A DNA stretch of 63,411 nucleotides, the filler included, from Octopus bimaculoides (Eukaryota): NCBI RefSeq assembly GCF_001194135.2. It is 4 parts of 4 records of this genome, joined end to end, with 100 filler letters (N's around TTAATTAATTAA, not from the genome) between each part and the next. Parts side by side here need not be neighbours in the genome. Positions count along the whole stretch, not along the records: positions 12,759 to 40,664 come from NC_069004.1; positions 40,765 to 61,396 come from NC_068993.1; 2 more parts are not named here. One strand, 5' to 3'. Positions 34,641 to 48,903 of this stretch are shown piece after piece. The notes under the pieces are model-generated. The model was given only the letters and a program-made list of their open reading frames with translations, was not told where the DNA came from and did not search any database. Both the position numbers and the translations under genes were made by a program. Each line of letters opens with the position of its first letter. Positions within the stretch are counted from its first letter, which is position 1.

Positions 34641-35469
34641 NNNNNNNNNNNNNNNNNNNNNNNNNNNNNNNNNNNNNNNNNNNNNNNNNNNNNNNNNNNN
34701 NNNNNNNNNNNNNNNNNNNNNNNNNNNNNNNNNNNNNNNNNNNNNNNNNNNNNNNNNNNNNNNNNNNNNNNNNNNNNNNNNNNNNNNNNNNNNNNNNNNN
34801 NNNNNNNNNNNNNNNNNNNNNNNNNNNNNNNNNNNNNNNNNNNNNNNNNNNNNNNNNNNNNNNNNNNNNNNNNNNNNNNNNNNNNNNNNNNNNNNNNNNN
34901 NNNNNNNNNNNNNNNNNNNNNNNNNNNNNNNNNNNNNNNNNNNNNNNNNNNNNNNNNNNNNNNNNNNNNNNNNNNNNNNNNNNNNNNNNNNNNNNNNNNN
35001 NNNNNNNNNNNNNNNNNNNNNNNNNNNNNNNNNNNNNNNNNNNNNNNNNNNNNNNNNNNNNNNNNNNNNNNNNNNNNNNNNNNNNNNNNNNNNNNNNNNN
35101 NNNNNNNNNNNNNNNNNNNNNNNNNNNNNNNNNNNNNNNNNNNNNNNNNNNNNNNNNNNNNNNNNNNNNNNNNNNNNNNNNNNNNNNNNNNNNNNNNNNN
35201 NNNNNNNNNNNNNNNNNNNNNNNNNNNNNNNNNNNNNNNNNNNNNNNNNNNNNNNNNNNNNNNNNNNNNNNNNNNNNNNNNNNNNNNNNNNNNNNNNNNN
35301 NNNNNNNNNNNNNNNNNNNNNNNNNNNNNNNNNNNNNGGGGGAGTGGAGGTTTTGAGAGTCTTGCAAACACAGAACGCTAAGCTATATCCATGTAAAAAT
35401 TTCCTTTCACCTGAACAACAATTGGTAAAGGGATGAAGATATGAAAACAAAAGCAAGTGAATGCAGCAT

Positions 35470-35950
35470 TATAATAGTGCATCCTTCACCACCATCACCA
35501 CCACCACCACCACCACCACCACCAACACCACCTTCATCACCAACACCACTACCACTTTCACTACAATCACCATTACTACCAACGCCACTACTACCACTGC
35601 CATCATCACCACCACCACCATTACTACCACTAGCAACCACCATCAGCAAGCATTACTACCACCGCTCCTACCACTACAACCACAATCATAACCACCATCA
35701 TTACCGCCACCAACACATCCACCACCACCACCACCGCCACCACCACCATAAGATCCATAATTACAAACACCATCACCGATTATTATCATTATCACCGACA
35801 CTGTCATCATTGTCGTCATCTTAGTCATCGTGATCAGAATCATCGAGATTATGAAGATCATCAATATTAACGGCAGTTCTAACAACACTAGCTGCAACAA
35901 TAGCAGTCGCAACAACAATGGCAACAGCAATGGGCCAATTAAAGAGCGGC
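35470..35950. repeat. Low-complexity CAC/CAT/AAC trinucleotide tract
   Basis: Runs of accaccacc, catcatcac and aacaacaat. Confidence 0.85.
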
Positions 35951-36069
35951 ACCACTTCAAGTCGATGAGATTTATGTTAGAGGAGCGGCTTAATGACCGT
36001 CATTGTACTACTTTGCATCATGACCGACACCATACACAATGGAGATAACTAGTTCAGATAACTAGTGCT

Positions 36070-38720
36070 ATGAGAACCAGGCAACGAGAAGATGTTGATG
36101 AGCGAACTCGTCGCTCAAGCCCGTGTGTCGACGTAAAAACAGTGACAATGGCAGCTACAGAAGCTCACGGTGTCATGCGACGATCGACGAAGAATGAGAG
36201 AAAAGTTACCGTGGAGCGGCCGCGACTGTTTATGGACCGGTATTTTAAGTGCTAGGGCCCGCACATGGCAAGGAACTGCAAGGAGTCAAGCTCAGACCCA
36301 TTTTGCTACCGGTGCAAGCGGACAAAGCATATAGCTAGAAATTGCAGCCAGGGAAAAGATCAGTGTTGAAATTGCTACCTCTCAAACGTCTCTCGTGAGC
36401 AAATAGAGGCTCTCGTACAGTTGCTCCCTATAGTTGAAATCTTGTTTGGAGGAAGGGCGTTCAAAGCCCTCGTGTGACCCCAAAGGTGACTAAAAAGTGG
36501 AAAGAGACGAGTAGTGTTAGGGCGGTCGACAACAGCGAAATTAGAAATAAAGGATGGTGGTACGGGGCACAACACCAAGGCTGCGAGTAATTGTCCTCGA
36601 CCATGTGGTAGAGAAAATTGATGTGGAGATCAACCGTCTAAGAGGTGTCATCGTTAGTGAAGACATGGTTTCATTTGGTGGTGCAGGACCATCATGCATT
36701 GTGCGTCTGCAACAAGAGAGTGGACTGAGCCACGGGTAGAATTGTTCTGCTTATACCATTGATGATAAAGATTTTCAGGTGGTGTTCGACGGTCAGTGGT
36801 GGATGGTTGAGTGGCGTTGAAAAAGAGAGCCCTGCCCCCGAGGAACAAGTTAAGCTGTTATCAGCATAACTTGAAAGGAGATGCCAGGAGTGAGTTTGGA
36901 GGAGAGGTGGAGATGGATCAAGGAGGGTATTCTAATCCCGTGGAAGGAGAAAGTGAAGAGCAGAGTGCTACCGCTAATGGCAGTGGTGCAGCCAGCGAAG
37001 GGCAAGGTCTGACGGGTACTAGACTTTGAAGAGTCGAATGACTATGTATCGTACCACACAGGTAGCGAGGTTACTAATGACTACGGGGAGACGTTGCGAG
37101 AATGGAAGCGGATAACGAATGTCGACTTGAAGTCGGCATATCTGCAGCTACGAGTGAGTGAGAAATTATGGAAGTATCATCTAGTGAGGTATAAGGGCCA
37201 GACATACTGCTTCACTAGGCTGGATTTTGGGCCGACTAGTGGGTCACTATCCAATCGCGGGGTGACTTCGAACAGCATGCAGCTACGTCAAGAGACGAGC
37301 GGACGGGGCAAGCTGGAAAGATAGAGTGGGAGAGAGGACGGTGGAGATGACTCAAGAGATCCTAGAGAGGGTAAGAGCAGAAGACCCAGTAAGAAGAAGC
37401 TGGCATGTGCCCAAATTGGAGAACGGGACGATACGGGGCGATGCTAGCAGCATAGCGACAGGTGTTGTCCTGGAAATCGGGGGTGTCGAAGTGGAAGACG
37501 CAGCCTGGCTTAGAAAAGCAGATGATTACAACCACATCAACGTGCCTGAATTAGACGCTGTGCTGAAGGGGGTGAATCTGGCCCTGAGATGGGGGTTGTG
37601 TTCTATCGAAATCCGAAGTGATTCGGCTACTGTGCTTGGGTGAGTAGGATCAGTGATCATCGATGAAATGAGAGTTCGAACAAAAGGGGCTGCAGAGATG
37701 TCAGTAAAGCACTTCCTAGGGATTCTGGGAGAGCTAGCTGCCGAATTTAATTTGAAGCTGGGTGTGGTCTTTGTGCCCTCAGAAAGGAATAAAGCGGACG
37801 TTTTAACCAGGGTGAAAAAGGCCTGGTTGGCAGTGCCGGAAGATTCTGTGCGGGAGATATGTCAGCTAGGGGACTTGGAGCTAAGGAGACTGCATACCAA
37901 GTATCATATGGGCATGGTTAGAACCTGTATCTTGCTAGGAAGGTTGACTCCGATGTTACTAAGCAGAGCATTCAAAAAGTGGTCGAGAGCTGCGGCAGGT
38001 GTCAATCCCTCGACCCTGCTCTGGATGTGCACGAGTGGGGAAACATCTCAGTGGAGCACAGCTGGAGATGATTGGCAGTGGATGTGACACACTACCGGCA
38101 GGAGATATATCTCTCGATGGTCGACTGCAGCCGGGTGGGATGGCAGTACTGAGGAAAATTAAGACCAGTACTGCGGATGAGGTTGCATGAATCCTGAACG
38201 TCATATTCCTGGAGTGGGGCCTGGTGGACGAATTGCTGATGGTCAACAACACTGCATTTCGTTCGGAGATGCTGAAGAAGATGCTTGATAAGTGAAATGT
38301 GCACCGCTTCTCGAGAGCAGCATACAGGCTGAGTGGAATGGCATCGTGGAAAGACACCATCGCAACATCAAGGCGACACATTTCACCACTGGAAGCGGCA
38401 TTTTGGTACAATGTCACCCCGATCAGGACAGGCCGAGGGGTCAGTGCCGCACAGAGCAATATTCAGGTATGAATGATCACACTCGTTTACAGTATCACAG
38501 CGCCTTGTGGAAGAGAGAGAAGGCGGGCGGAGATGAAGTGTGGGTCAAGCCTCCAAAAGCACACTGCACATCTCAGCGAAATAGAGGAACAGCGACGGCT
38601 GTTAATTCAAAAAAATGTCGCAGTGGATGGAATGCCGTGCCATGTCTCGGATATTCGCGAATATCTGGGCAGATGGATGGCAGATGTCAACATGGAGTGA
38701 AGTGAAGAAATGACTTTTGA
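36070..38720 (+). mobile_element. Ty3/Gypsy-like LTR retrotransposon relic (gag-PR-RT-RH-IN)
   Basis: Two CCHC knuckles (C*GPHMARNC; CYRCKRTKHIARNC), VDLKSAYLQL..YCFTRLDFG, DASSIATGVVLE..HINVPELDAVLKG..SDS, HMG..C..C and AVDVTHYR integrase motifs; YxDD segment missing; no LTR pair recognised. Confidence 0.85.
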
Positions 38721-39019
38721 GATCAGGGGAGCATGTGGGGATGAGGTTAATCGGACGTAAAGGGTCAGTGGCATCAATAGCCGAGGGACCCTACCGGAAG
38801 AAGAGTGAGGAAGGTCACGTAGGCGGACGGACGCACGTGGAGGTACAAGTTAGAAGGATTTTGCTGTTAGGTTCTGGCCAAAGGTTAGGCGGGTAAGGCG
38901 CCTTTCGGATGTAACCCAGCTGGAAAGTTGATGCTGCAAGAGAACCTCAGAGGTAGGTGTATTGCACTTCGTTCCTCATACATACATACAGAGAACATTT
39001 ATGGCGAATTAAATGCAGA

Positions 39020-39416
39020 ACTTATAGCTCTTGTACCCTTACAATGAATTCTCATTTGTACCTATTATCATAGGTGCATTAGGTTAGGTACCAAAAGATT
39101 TGCGCAAAATATTCGGTTTTTCGGGAAAATAGCGGAAGAAACTGACGCAGATTTTCCAAATCCAATCTACTAGTGACACAGTGAAAATTTGTATGATATT
39201 CCAAAATTTCTCCATGTGAAATTTTTATGTAAATAGATGCACACACTTTGGTGTGTACATCGACAACTCATCCAACACATCAACTAAACCACATATTTAC
39301 AAATACCGGGAACTTCCTTAACTCAAAAGGTCTTTTGCTTTGTTAGCAACGGGCTTGACCTCTCTGAAGAACATAAATAAACTCAAAGAAATATCATAAA
39401 AACATACATACATACA

Positions 39417-39447
<31 letters not shown>

Positions 39448-40260
39448 GTGTAAGCATTTCAAAGGGAATATTCCAGGGAGATAGTCTTTCTGTACTTCTT
39501 TTCATTTTAGCACTGAATCCATTATCTACTGCAGAAAATAAATGGTTAAATGCTAGGATTTTCAACTGCTAGAAATATCAATGTAACTCATGATTTTTTT
39601 GTTGACGACCTGAAGATTTATGCTAAAAGTGTTAACAATGCGAAAAACAACTGGAATTAATGGCATTTTCAGCTGATACGGGCATGGAATTTTGTCAAAA
39701 GGAATGTTTATATTTGGTTATAGAATGAGGAAAGTCAGTCCCCCAAACCTCAAACCTGTGCATCAACGGTCTCTCTATCTCCTCCATTCCGCACAAAGAA
39801 TGTTACAAGTACCTAGGTATAGACAAAAATGTATCATGAAGGCACTGTGAATAAAGATAGAGTGACTCGAGAATATTACACCAGACTTAAGAAAATATGG
39901 CAGTCGGAACTCTCCTCTTACAACAAAACAATATCCTATGATGCATTTGCAGTACCAGCGCTGATCCCAACATTTGGGATACTTGATTGGTCTGTAGAGG
40001 AAATCCACTCCATAGATATCAAAACCCGCAAAATCCTGACAACAACTGGGAACTTCGACAGTAACCGTGATGACAGGCTCTACCTAAGAAAAAAATGAGG
40101 GTGGTAGAGGTCTGAGATCAGTGCAAACGGCCTTCAAATGCCGTACGGTATCACTCAGACAGCACCTGCTAAACAACAGCAGCAAAAATAAATATATAAA
40201 TGCAGTGCTGAAAAATGAAGTGAGCAACATTGTACGAGTTGGCAGTGAACTCAAGAAACG
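39020..40260 (+). mobile_element. R4/Dong-clade fragments (C-terminal piece, then RT)
   Basis: VPIIIGALG at about 39058; FFVDDLKIYAK, YKYLGID, EYYTRLKKIWQSELSSYNK..FAVPALIPTFGILDW, RLYL..GGRGL. Confidence 0.8.
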
Positions 40261-40395
40261 CTCTCTTCCTGGTGATCTCCTATACAGCCCCAAAACAGCT
40301 GGGCTCTCTTACCTCAGATAAGACCTGGATGGAAAGCACTCAACATACATAAAAAAGCCCGGAAGCTTGAAGAGGACAGTAGAATTGACACGAAG

Positions 40396-40664
40396 CGCAG
40401 CCTCTCTTGCACACACGACCACTACATCACACCACACTTTGAAGGCTTCTTCCCTTGCTCCCGCCCACGCTGTCGCACTTGCCCTTACCTCTCCAACACC
40501 ACCCTCCTCACCAGCACCCCTCACCGACCCTATCGCATCACCGACTCCTTCACCTGCACTTCTACCAACATCATCTATTGGATCTCCTGCTCTCTCTGCC
40601 ATTCTCTGTACATTGGACAAACGGGGCGCCGCCTGGCCGACCGATTCACGGAACACCTCCGAGA
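40396..40664 (+). mobile_element. Penelope-like element GIY-YIG endonuclease fragment
   Basis: The frame absent from the ORF track reads GFFPCSRPRCRTCPYLSN..SFTCTSTNIIYWISCSLCHSLYIGQTGRRLADRFTEHLR up to the spacer. Confidence 0.9.
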
Positions 40665-40764
40665 NNNNNNNNNNNNNNNNNNNNNNNNNNNNNNNNNNNN
40701 NNNNNNNNTTAATTAATTAANNNNNNNNNNNNNNNNNNNNNNNNNNNNNNNNNNNNNNNNNNNN
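40665..40764. other. Artificial 100-bp scaffold spacer
   Basis: 44 N + TTAATTAATTAA + 44 N. Confidence 0.95.
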
Positions 40765-40817
<53 letters not shown>

Positions 40818-41189
40818 TACTTACATTCCTACATATAGTTATATATTTTGGCGATATACTTCATACGTATAATATATATATGTAACGTATATAAATCAAA
40901 TTCATATATATATATATATAATGTATGTATTCATGTGTGTGTGTATGTATGTATATATGCAAATATGTGTCTGTGACTAATATAAATGTATATAATTTTT
41001 CGAAACCACACAAACACAAAGAATACAAAACTTAGAAAAAGTTGTTGGAACTCGTAGAAAGATATTTCCGTTTTGAAATATAATTGCTGCTGCAAACAAA
41101 ATAGATATTTATTGCAAATCTAGCATGATAGCAGAGGAAATAGTGTTATTGCTTGGGGGTTATATAGAGAAATAATAATAATAATAGTG

Positions 41190-41258
<69 letters not shown>

Positions 41259-41499
41259 TGGATGGTCCACCTTAGGAATGAGCAAGTATTTCCACTGTGC
41301 CGCATCTCTAATAATGTGCACGAAAGCTTACTCTATATTGTGAACGAATGCTCATGACTTACCCCAAACCATCATAAGATGTGCTTATAGGATGAGGGTG
41401 CGAAAGTGTTACATGCGAAAAGTGGGATCTTGAGAGAAGGCTAAACGTGATACGACCAGCCCCAACATTTATTATTATTGTTATTATTCCTTGTAACTC

Positions 41500-41760
41500 A
41501 AGTTTTGCATGAAAGAAAGAGAAAAGATTGATTAATATGGAGACCTGAGAATTGAGATCGCCAAGATATGACAACTACGTGAGTCGAACATAAAGTTTGT
41601 CCCTGTTGTCATCGGAGCATTGGTTTCAATACCACCCAACCTGAAGAAACATCTGGAAACTTTAGAAATGCTCTACAATCTAAGTGTATTGTAAAAATCA
41701 GTATTACTTGAAACTGCACGCATATTGCGTAAAGTATTGTCTGCCTCAGGTGAGGTCCTT
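41500..41760 (+). mobile_element. R4/Dong-clade C-terminal fragment
   Basis: YGDLRIEIAKI*QLRESNIKFVPVVIGALVSIP..KSVLLETARILRKVL. Confidence 0.8.
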
Positions 41761-43209
41761 GTTGAGAGTTCATTTAACGAGATAGTTCTTATTACATCAT
41801 CTGACGAAACGCCTCTGCAAGAGACATGTACCACGACTAGTTGTATAGGTTCCCATCGGTGAGCGACCGACGCAGGATGTGTCGAAACGATCGTTGTGAG
41901 CAATAAGGTTTCACTTGTATTTCCTTTCTCCGTCTCTGTCATTTGTTTTATACTCCACGTAACTGAAGAATTCATGATGTAGATCCAGCGACAATTGTAT
42001 AATTTCAGTGGATGACGCCAGGTAGCCATAGGCAGTGAACGTGCTTTATCGGCATGCTACGTATATATGTATGTATAAAAATTAAATTGGTATTCAATAC
42101 GGACCAGATATTGTATGTGGATTAGAACTTTATTCAAAGTATGCACACACCGGCGTATATGAAATCGATCAATCTCATAATCCTCTCAATCTCAGGCACA
42201 TAATGACACCAAAATTCACACTTCCAATACACCTATATTCATCAAAGGTAGAATATCATATCGAATGCAAAATAAACATGCATANNNNNNNNNNNNNNNN
42301 NNNNNNNNNNNNNNNNNNNNNNNNNNNNNNNNNNNNNNNNNNNNNNNNNNNNNNNNNNNNNNNNNNNNNNNNNNNNNNNNNNNNNNNNNNNNNNNNNNNN
42401 NNNNNNNNNNNNNNNNNNNNNNNNNNNNNNNNNNNNNNNNNNNNNNNNNNNNNNNNNNNNNNNNNNNNNNNNNNNNNNNNNNNNNNNNNNNNNNNNNNNN
42501 NNNNNNNNNNNNNNNNNNNNNNNNNNNNNNNNNNNNNNNNNNNNNNNNNNNNNNNNNNNNNNNNNNNNNNNNNNNNNNNNNNNNNNNNNNNNNNNNNNNN
42601 NNNNNNNNNNNNNNNNNNNNNNNNNNCTGCGTTTATTTTTTTTATTTTTCATTTCTTTACTTTAATTTCAAAATTATTTTCTGACGTCTCAAGGAAAAAT
42701 ATGAAGAATATGAATATTAAATGTATAAATATATATACAAAACTTCTGCACATCGGAAAAAAAATAACATATGTGTGCATGTGTACATATTTGTACATAT
42801 ATATATATATAACATTTTGGAAATTGCAAGAAAATTTATGTATATGGTATTGCGTGAATTATTTAGAGTTAGAAATAAATAGAGAATGATGGAATCGCGG
42901 CAGAAAAAAAAAGAAAATACCGAAGAATATAAAATAAATTGCTGAAAATCATTTAAAATTAAATTGAAAATATTAATTCATAAATCTATATCAGCAACGA
43001 TACGTAAATATAAAAATACACCACATTTCCTTGCCCTAGCTCTATTCAATGGAATGTTTAGCAAATACAGACATATCGATATATATGTGTGTGCGTGTGT
43101 GTGTATATACACATGTGTTTGTATGTGTGTATGTATGTATGTACGTATGCATATGTATGTACAGATGAGAAACAGAGAGATGCTTACATCTACGTATATG
43201 CAGATAAGA

Positions 43210-43269
<60 letters not shown>

Positions 43270-43651
43270 TATGTAATATATTATATATATTTGTGTGTAT
43301 AAATGTGTGTATGTGTATTAACATACTGGTTTTATTCATGGAGATGATAGATATTTAAAAACATAGGTATATGAATATAGCAATGTAAAACGGAAACGCA
43401 TAAACAGAAATGTCGACATGTTGATATATTGCCCTATAGAAATATATACATATCGATGTATCGAACCATTGGAATATATATATAAAATCATCTGCATCTG
43501 TATGTGCGTGTGTGCAGATGTGTATGTATGTGTATATACATACATATATACATACATACATGCATACATGCATACATACATACATACATACAAAGATATG
43601 TATTTATATATGCATAAATACATATCTATAAATAGATAGACAGACAGATAG

Positions 43652-43718
<67 letters not shown>

Positions 43719-44417
43719 TGAATATCTGAGTGCAGATAATTTGAAATATATTTATATCGAAATATATAGCCATTCTCAAATATGGAGATATAATAGACAA
43801 ATATCCAATACATGTATAGACGTACATATGTTTATTTCCACACACACACACAGATATACACACACACAGATATACACACAAACAGATATACACACACACA
43901 GTTCAATCCTTCGGTATCATTTATTGTGTACGTGTATACATGTTTCACAATAAACAATACCGAAGAATAGCTATAAACAAATAAGTGAATAAATGTATAA
44001 AACAATAACGAAATAATATGAGAAGGAAGTTATACAGGATGATTCAAAACTCTCCATGTATCAATAACAGGTTTCACCAGATGTGCTATTACGAGTTCAC
44101 AATGAGTGTGGTAAACGTATTGCAAGGTGTATTCAAAACAATGGTAACCATATAGAGTTTGTTAAATAAAAACTGTTTTTATAAACTGTTTCTTATGAAA
44201 AAAAAATAAATTGTTCCTATGTATGGCGACTTTTGAATGACCCTGTAGGTATTTTCTGTACAGTGCAGTAAGTAGCTTGCTTACAAACCACATGGTTCCG
44301 GGTTCAGTTTCACTGCATAGTACCTTGGGCAAGTGTCTTCTACTATAGCCTCGGGCCGACCAAAGCCTTGTGAGTGGATTTGGTAGACGGAAACTGAAAG
44401 TCCGTGGTACATGTATA

Positions 44418-44452
<35 letters not shown>

Positions 44453-45130
44453 NNNNNNNNNNNNNNNNNNNNNNNNNNNNNNNNNNNNNNNNNNNNNNNN
44501 NNNNNNNNNNNNNNNNNNNNNNNNNNNNNNNNNNNNNNNNNNNNNNNNNNNNNNNNNNNNNNNNNNNNNNNNNNNNNNNNNNNNNNNNNNNNNNNNNNNN
44601 NNNNNNNNNNNNNNNNNNNNNNNNNNNNNNNNNNNNNNNNNNNNNNNNNNNNNNNNNNNNNNNNNNNNNNNNNNNNNNTATATATATATATATATATATA
44701 TATGATACATATAGATATTAACTTATAAAATATTATGAATATATATTTTATATACTCATACGAAATTTCCAAATTGTGAATCTGGGTTTCACATTTTACC
44801 AATTTTTCAAGTATTAAATGAAATTAATCAACTGAACTTGTGTGTGTTTTAGTGAGCATGTATATTGTGTATGTATGTATGTATGTATGTATGTATGTAT
44901 GTATGTATGTATCAGCTCACAGACGGATTGCGTGACTGATGGCATTAGAGCTAAGCTTTTCAATGATTACCTTTTTTTTTTCATCCGTTCGCAGTGAGAA
45001 AAAAATGCAAGTAAGGAAAGAAATTATTGCAAAATATACGAGAAGAAAGGATATCACTTATTAAATATAGGTAAATGAAAATAAACCCAATTGAAACAAG
45101 ATTTGCTTATATGGTTCTTTTACCGTATCG

Positions 45131-45206
<76 letters not shown>

Positions 45207-46810
45207 GATTAAATCAATGTTAACACATTTAATACTTGGTATGATAAATACATATATTTTGTGAAAACAAAATATCAATACTCAGCGACATTTATTTATT
45301 TACTGGCAAGTGTATAAACCAATGGAAGACAGGTTTTGATATTATTATGACCTCATCAGGAAGCATTTCTCCCTGTCGTATGTAATTAAATTTGCTTAGC
45401 AAATAATTAATCTATAAATGAAATTCGCATGAACTAAATTAAAATGATATACTAATACGTTATTAACTAAACAATGTTAGTGAAATATTTTGTGAGGAAT
45501 TACAAACTCTTTAACTTAGATCGTAGATTAACTTTAATGAAGGTTGGAATTAAATCATTACCAAACAAACAATCAAGGCAGTATAATAACTACACGAAGA
45601 TTATAAATTGTTTAACGACTTAATAATTCTGCGAAGCCATGGATATGAAAGAATGTAGACAAGTTGATGAGACCAAGCATCATTAACCATGCTTTAAAGA
45701 AATAACTCGAAGAAAATATGTATTTTTTAAATGAAAACGATATTAATCGATAATTAATACTTTATATTTTATGTAGGGAGAAACCTTGGTCCATGTTGCA
45801 ACATTTTGAGCAACACACTCTCTACCCATACTTTACAAGTTGAACTTAGACAAAAACTATCAGCCGAAAAAGAAAGGTCAACCTATACACTAAGAACACC
45901 TTGGAACACTAAACATTTCATGTGAAATGAAACGGGATCTGCAAAAGATGGTAACGATTCTTAATGCTCCAGTTACATGTGCACAGTATATACTACGCCG
46001 AATTGTATGCGGGAAAATATAGCATATTGGATGCCTTTGTTATGCTATTAAAGCCAAATGAGACGATGAAAGAGATGTCCTAGTCTTTACTATATCATTT
46101 TGGAGATTCCTAATCCCATATATACACTAAAATTCAATGTAAAAATTTTAGTATTATAGAAATGCTATAGTTTGGCAGGTATCACACACACACACACACA
46201 TAAGTGTGTGTTGCTGAAGAATATTCAAATATCAAATTTATAATTATAAAGAACGATCATTTATAATGTTATATGGTTATAGACTCAGCAACTCAAGCCT
46301 GGTGTGAGGTGCAGAAACAAATGCTGTGATCTACTATAGAAACCTATTATCATCCATACCCATGTTATATATTATATTATCCCCATCCATCCATATATAT
46401 ATATATATATATATATATANNNNNNNNNNNNNNNNNNNNNNNNNNNNNNNNNNNNNNNNNNNNNNNNNNNNNNNNNNNNNNNNNNNNNNNNNNNNNNNNN
46501 NNNNNNNNNNNNNNNNNNNNNNNNNNNNNNNNNNNNNNNNNNNNNNNNNNNNNNNNNNNNNNNNNNNNNNNNNNNNNNNNNNNNNNNNNNNNNNNNNNNN
46601 NNNNNNNNNNNNNNNNNNNNNNNNNNNNNNNNNNNNNNNNNNNNNNNNNNNNNNNNNNNNNNNNNNNNNNNNNNNNNNNNNNNNNNNNNNNNNNNNNNNN
46701 NNNNNNNNNNNNNNNNNNNNNNNNNNNNNNNNNNNNNNNNNNNNNNNNNNNNNNNNNNNNNNNNNNNNNNNNNNNNNNNNNNNNNNNNNNNNNNNNNNNN
46801 NNNNNNNNNN

Positions 46811-46851
<41 letters not shown>

Positions 46852-47700
46852 CCCAGTAAGTTCTTAATAATGATACACTAAATTATTTTGCACACTAGTT
46901 AGATCAAGCCTGGCTGGAAGCGAACCGGAATCCACACCACTCACATATAAAACATTAGTTGACAGCTCGAGATAAAACAAAGAGCGCTGTTGACGGCGTT
47001 GTGTTGAATAGAGAAAGTGATTGAGACATATCTTCACGTAATAACTGCCAGCTAGTCTTGCAAACTTCCCACTTTCCATTCGTTTTCAGTTCCCAACCTA
47101 AATTCATCTTCATCCATCGCCATCACAATCACCCACCACCACCTTTCATTCATTCGATCAGACGGTTAATCGATATAGCTCTCTTAGACAGCTATCATAT
47201 TTGATGATGTACGGTATATATATTTATGGAATATAATTTTACCTCCTTATGTGTGAATTATTACTGCATATTCAAATGCTTTATTATGACAGATACATAT
47301 ATGTGATGTTATATTGCTGCTGCATGTCTCTATCTTTCTACCTTTCTGCCAGTCGGAGTATCAGTCTGCCTACCTGCTTGTCTGTTTGTCTGCCTTTCTG
47401 TCATTCTAGTTATCTGTTTGTATGAACGACATCTTGACGTACATGCGTGTGTATATACATTCAGACATACATATGTATGTTCCATACTGTAACACTGCTA
47501 TAAGAGGTTTTAATCGAACGAATCGACTCCGCTACATATATTTGCATGTCGAGTAGATATTATATCAGCCGCTTTTGCCAAAGTGCTAAGTTACAGGAAC
47601 GTGGACTGACCAAAACCGATTGCCAGGTGGTATTGGGAGAAAAAAAAAAAAACACAAAAATATATACAAACATTCAAACATGTGTGTGTTTGTGTGGTAC

Positions 47701-47739
<39 letters not shown>

Positions 47740-48316
47740 GTATGAATTTCAACAAATATTTTAGCACTCAATGAGATAAGAGTGTAAAGATATTATAATT
47801 CTTAAAATGCCTTAAACGATTTGGGAAACAAAGCTACCCATGGTTTCATGGCCGAAATATTAATTTATTTCGCCATTTACCAAGCTGGTAAAATCCATAA
47901 AAGTCTTAATAATGATGTAATGTTTGAATAAGCAGAATTCTGAAAAAACAAGGAGAAAGCTTGGGAAGAGAATTGACTGCACAGGAAATAACCAATGGTT
48001 TACGAATGTGGAAATCTGCACAAACCAACACTGAAATGGAGTATGGTGTGTCCCGCTATGTTGTATTTTGTAACATGCGGACATGTAGAAAATATCTCAC
48101 TACCAGTATTTATATCTGTATTTATTCTTTATTCTTCAAAACGACTTCTAACAAAAGACAAAGACAGGTGTATAAACGACACCAGGTGTATTTTTTTTTA
48201 ATCTCAGGAAGGTGAGAAAGTCTTTTACGTTTCCAGCCTACGCTCTTCAACGAAAGGAACACGTGGAAAGAAACAGACAGAGAATAAAAACTCGACAATT
48301 TAGCGATCAGTCATTT

Positions 48317-48368
<52 letters not shown>

Positions 48369-48756
48369 CGTGCATTATATTACTAATGCTACAATTCCTA
48401 CAATTATTATTATTTATTATTCGTTTTATTATTGTGAATGTTATTACTGTTTTTGTTGTTACTGTTGCTGCTACTGCCGTTGTTGTTCTTACAGGTACGC
48501 AAACAGTGCCAACCAAAATACTGGCGTGTAGATTCATTCTAGCCACGTTACTGTACGCTCGGACGTCAACATACGTTGGATGTCACATCGGAGAACGTCT
48601 TCTTCTTATGGACGATGTGTGTATGCAACACACTTTCTGCAAAGGACATAAATTGACTATTAATATGATGTTACGTACATGCAAGCTTTGATACACAAAT
48701 AGATAAAAACACAATTATATACATACTTATATACATATGAGAAGGAATACTCTGTG

Positions 48757-48758
48757 AC

Positions 48759-48835
<77 letters not shown>

Positions 48836-48842
48836 CAGTATG

Positions 48843-48902
<60 letters not shown>
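48757..48902. repeat. (GATA)n tetranucleotide microsatellite
   Basis: Long gatagata runs with one interruption. Confidence 0.95.

Positions 48903-48903
<1 letters not shown>

Noticed and set aside
41855-41905. GACGC/GUGUC-GAAA-CGAUCGUU, possible hammerhead remnant
   Set aside because: CUGANGA core absent and no stem I; at most a decayed relic.
45320-45365. Minus-strand CUGAUGAG motif
   Set aside because: GAAA is replaced by AAAA, stem II is mismatched and there is no stem I.
47961-48030. ELTAQEITNGLRMWKSAQ, reminiscent of a BEL/Pao pre-integrase motif
   Set aside because: Too short, with no flanking BEL motifs.
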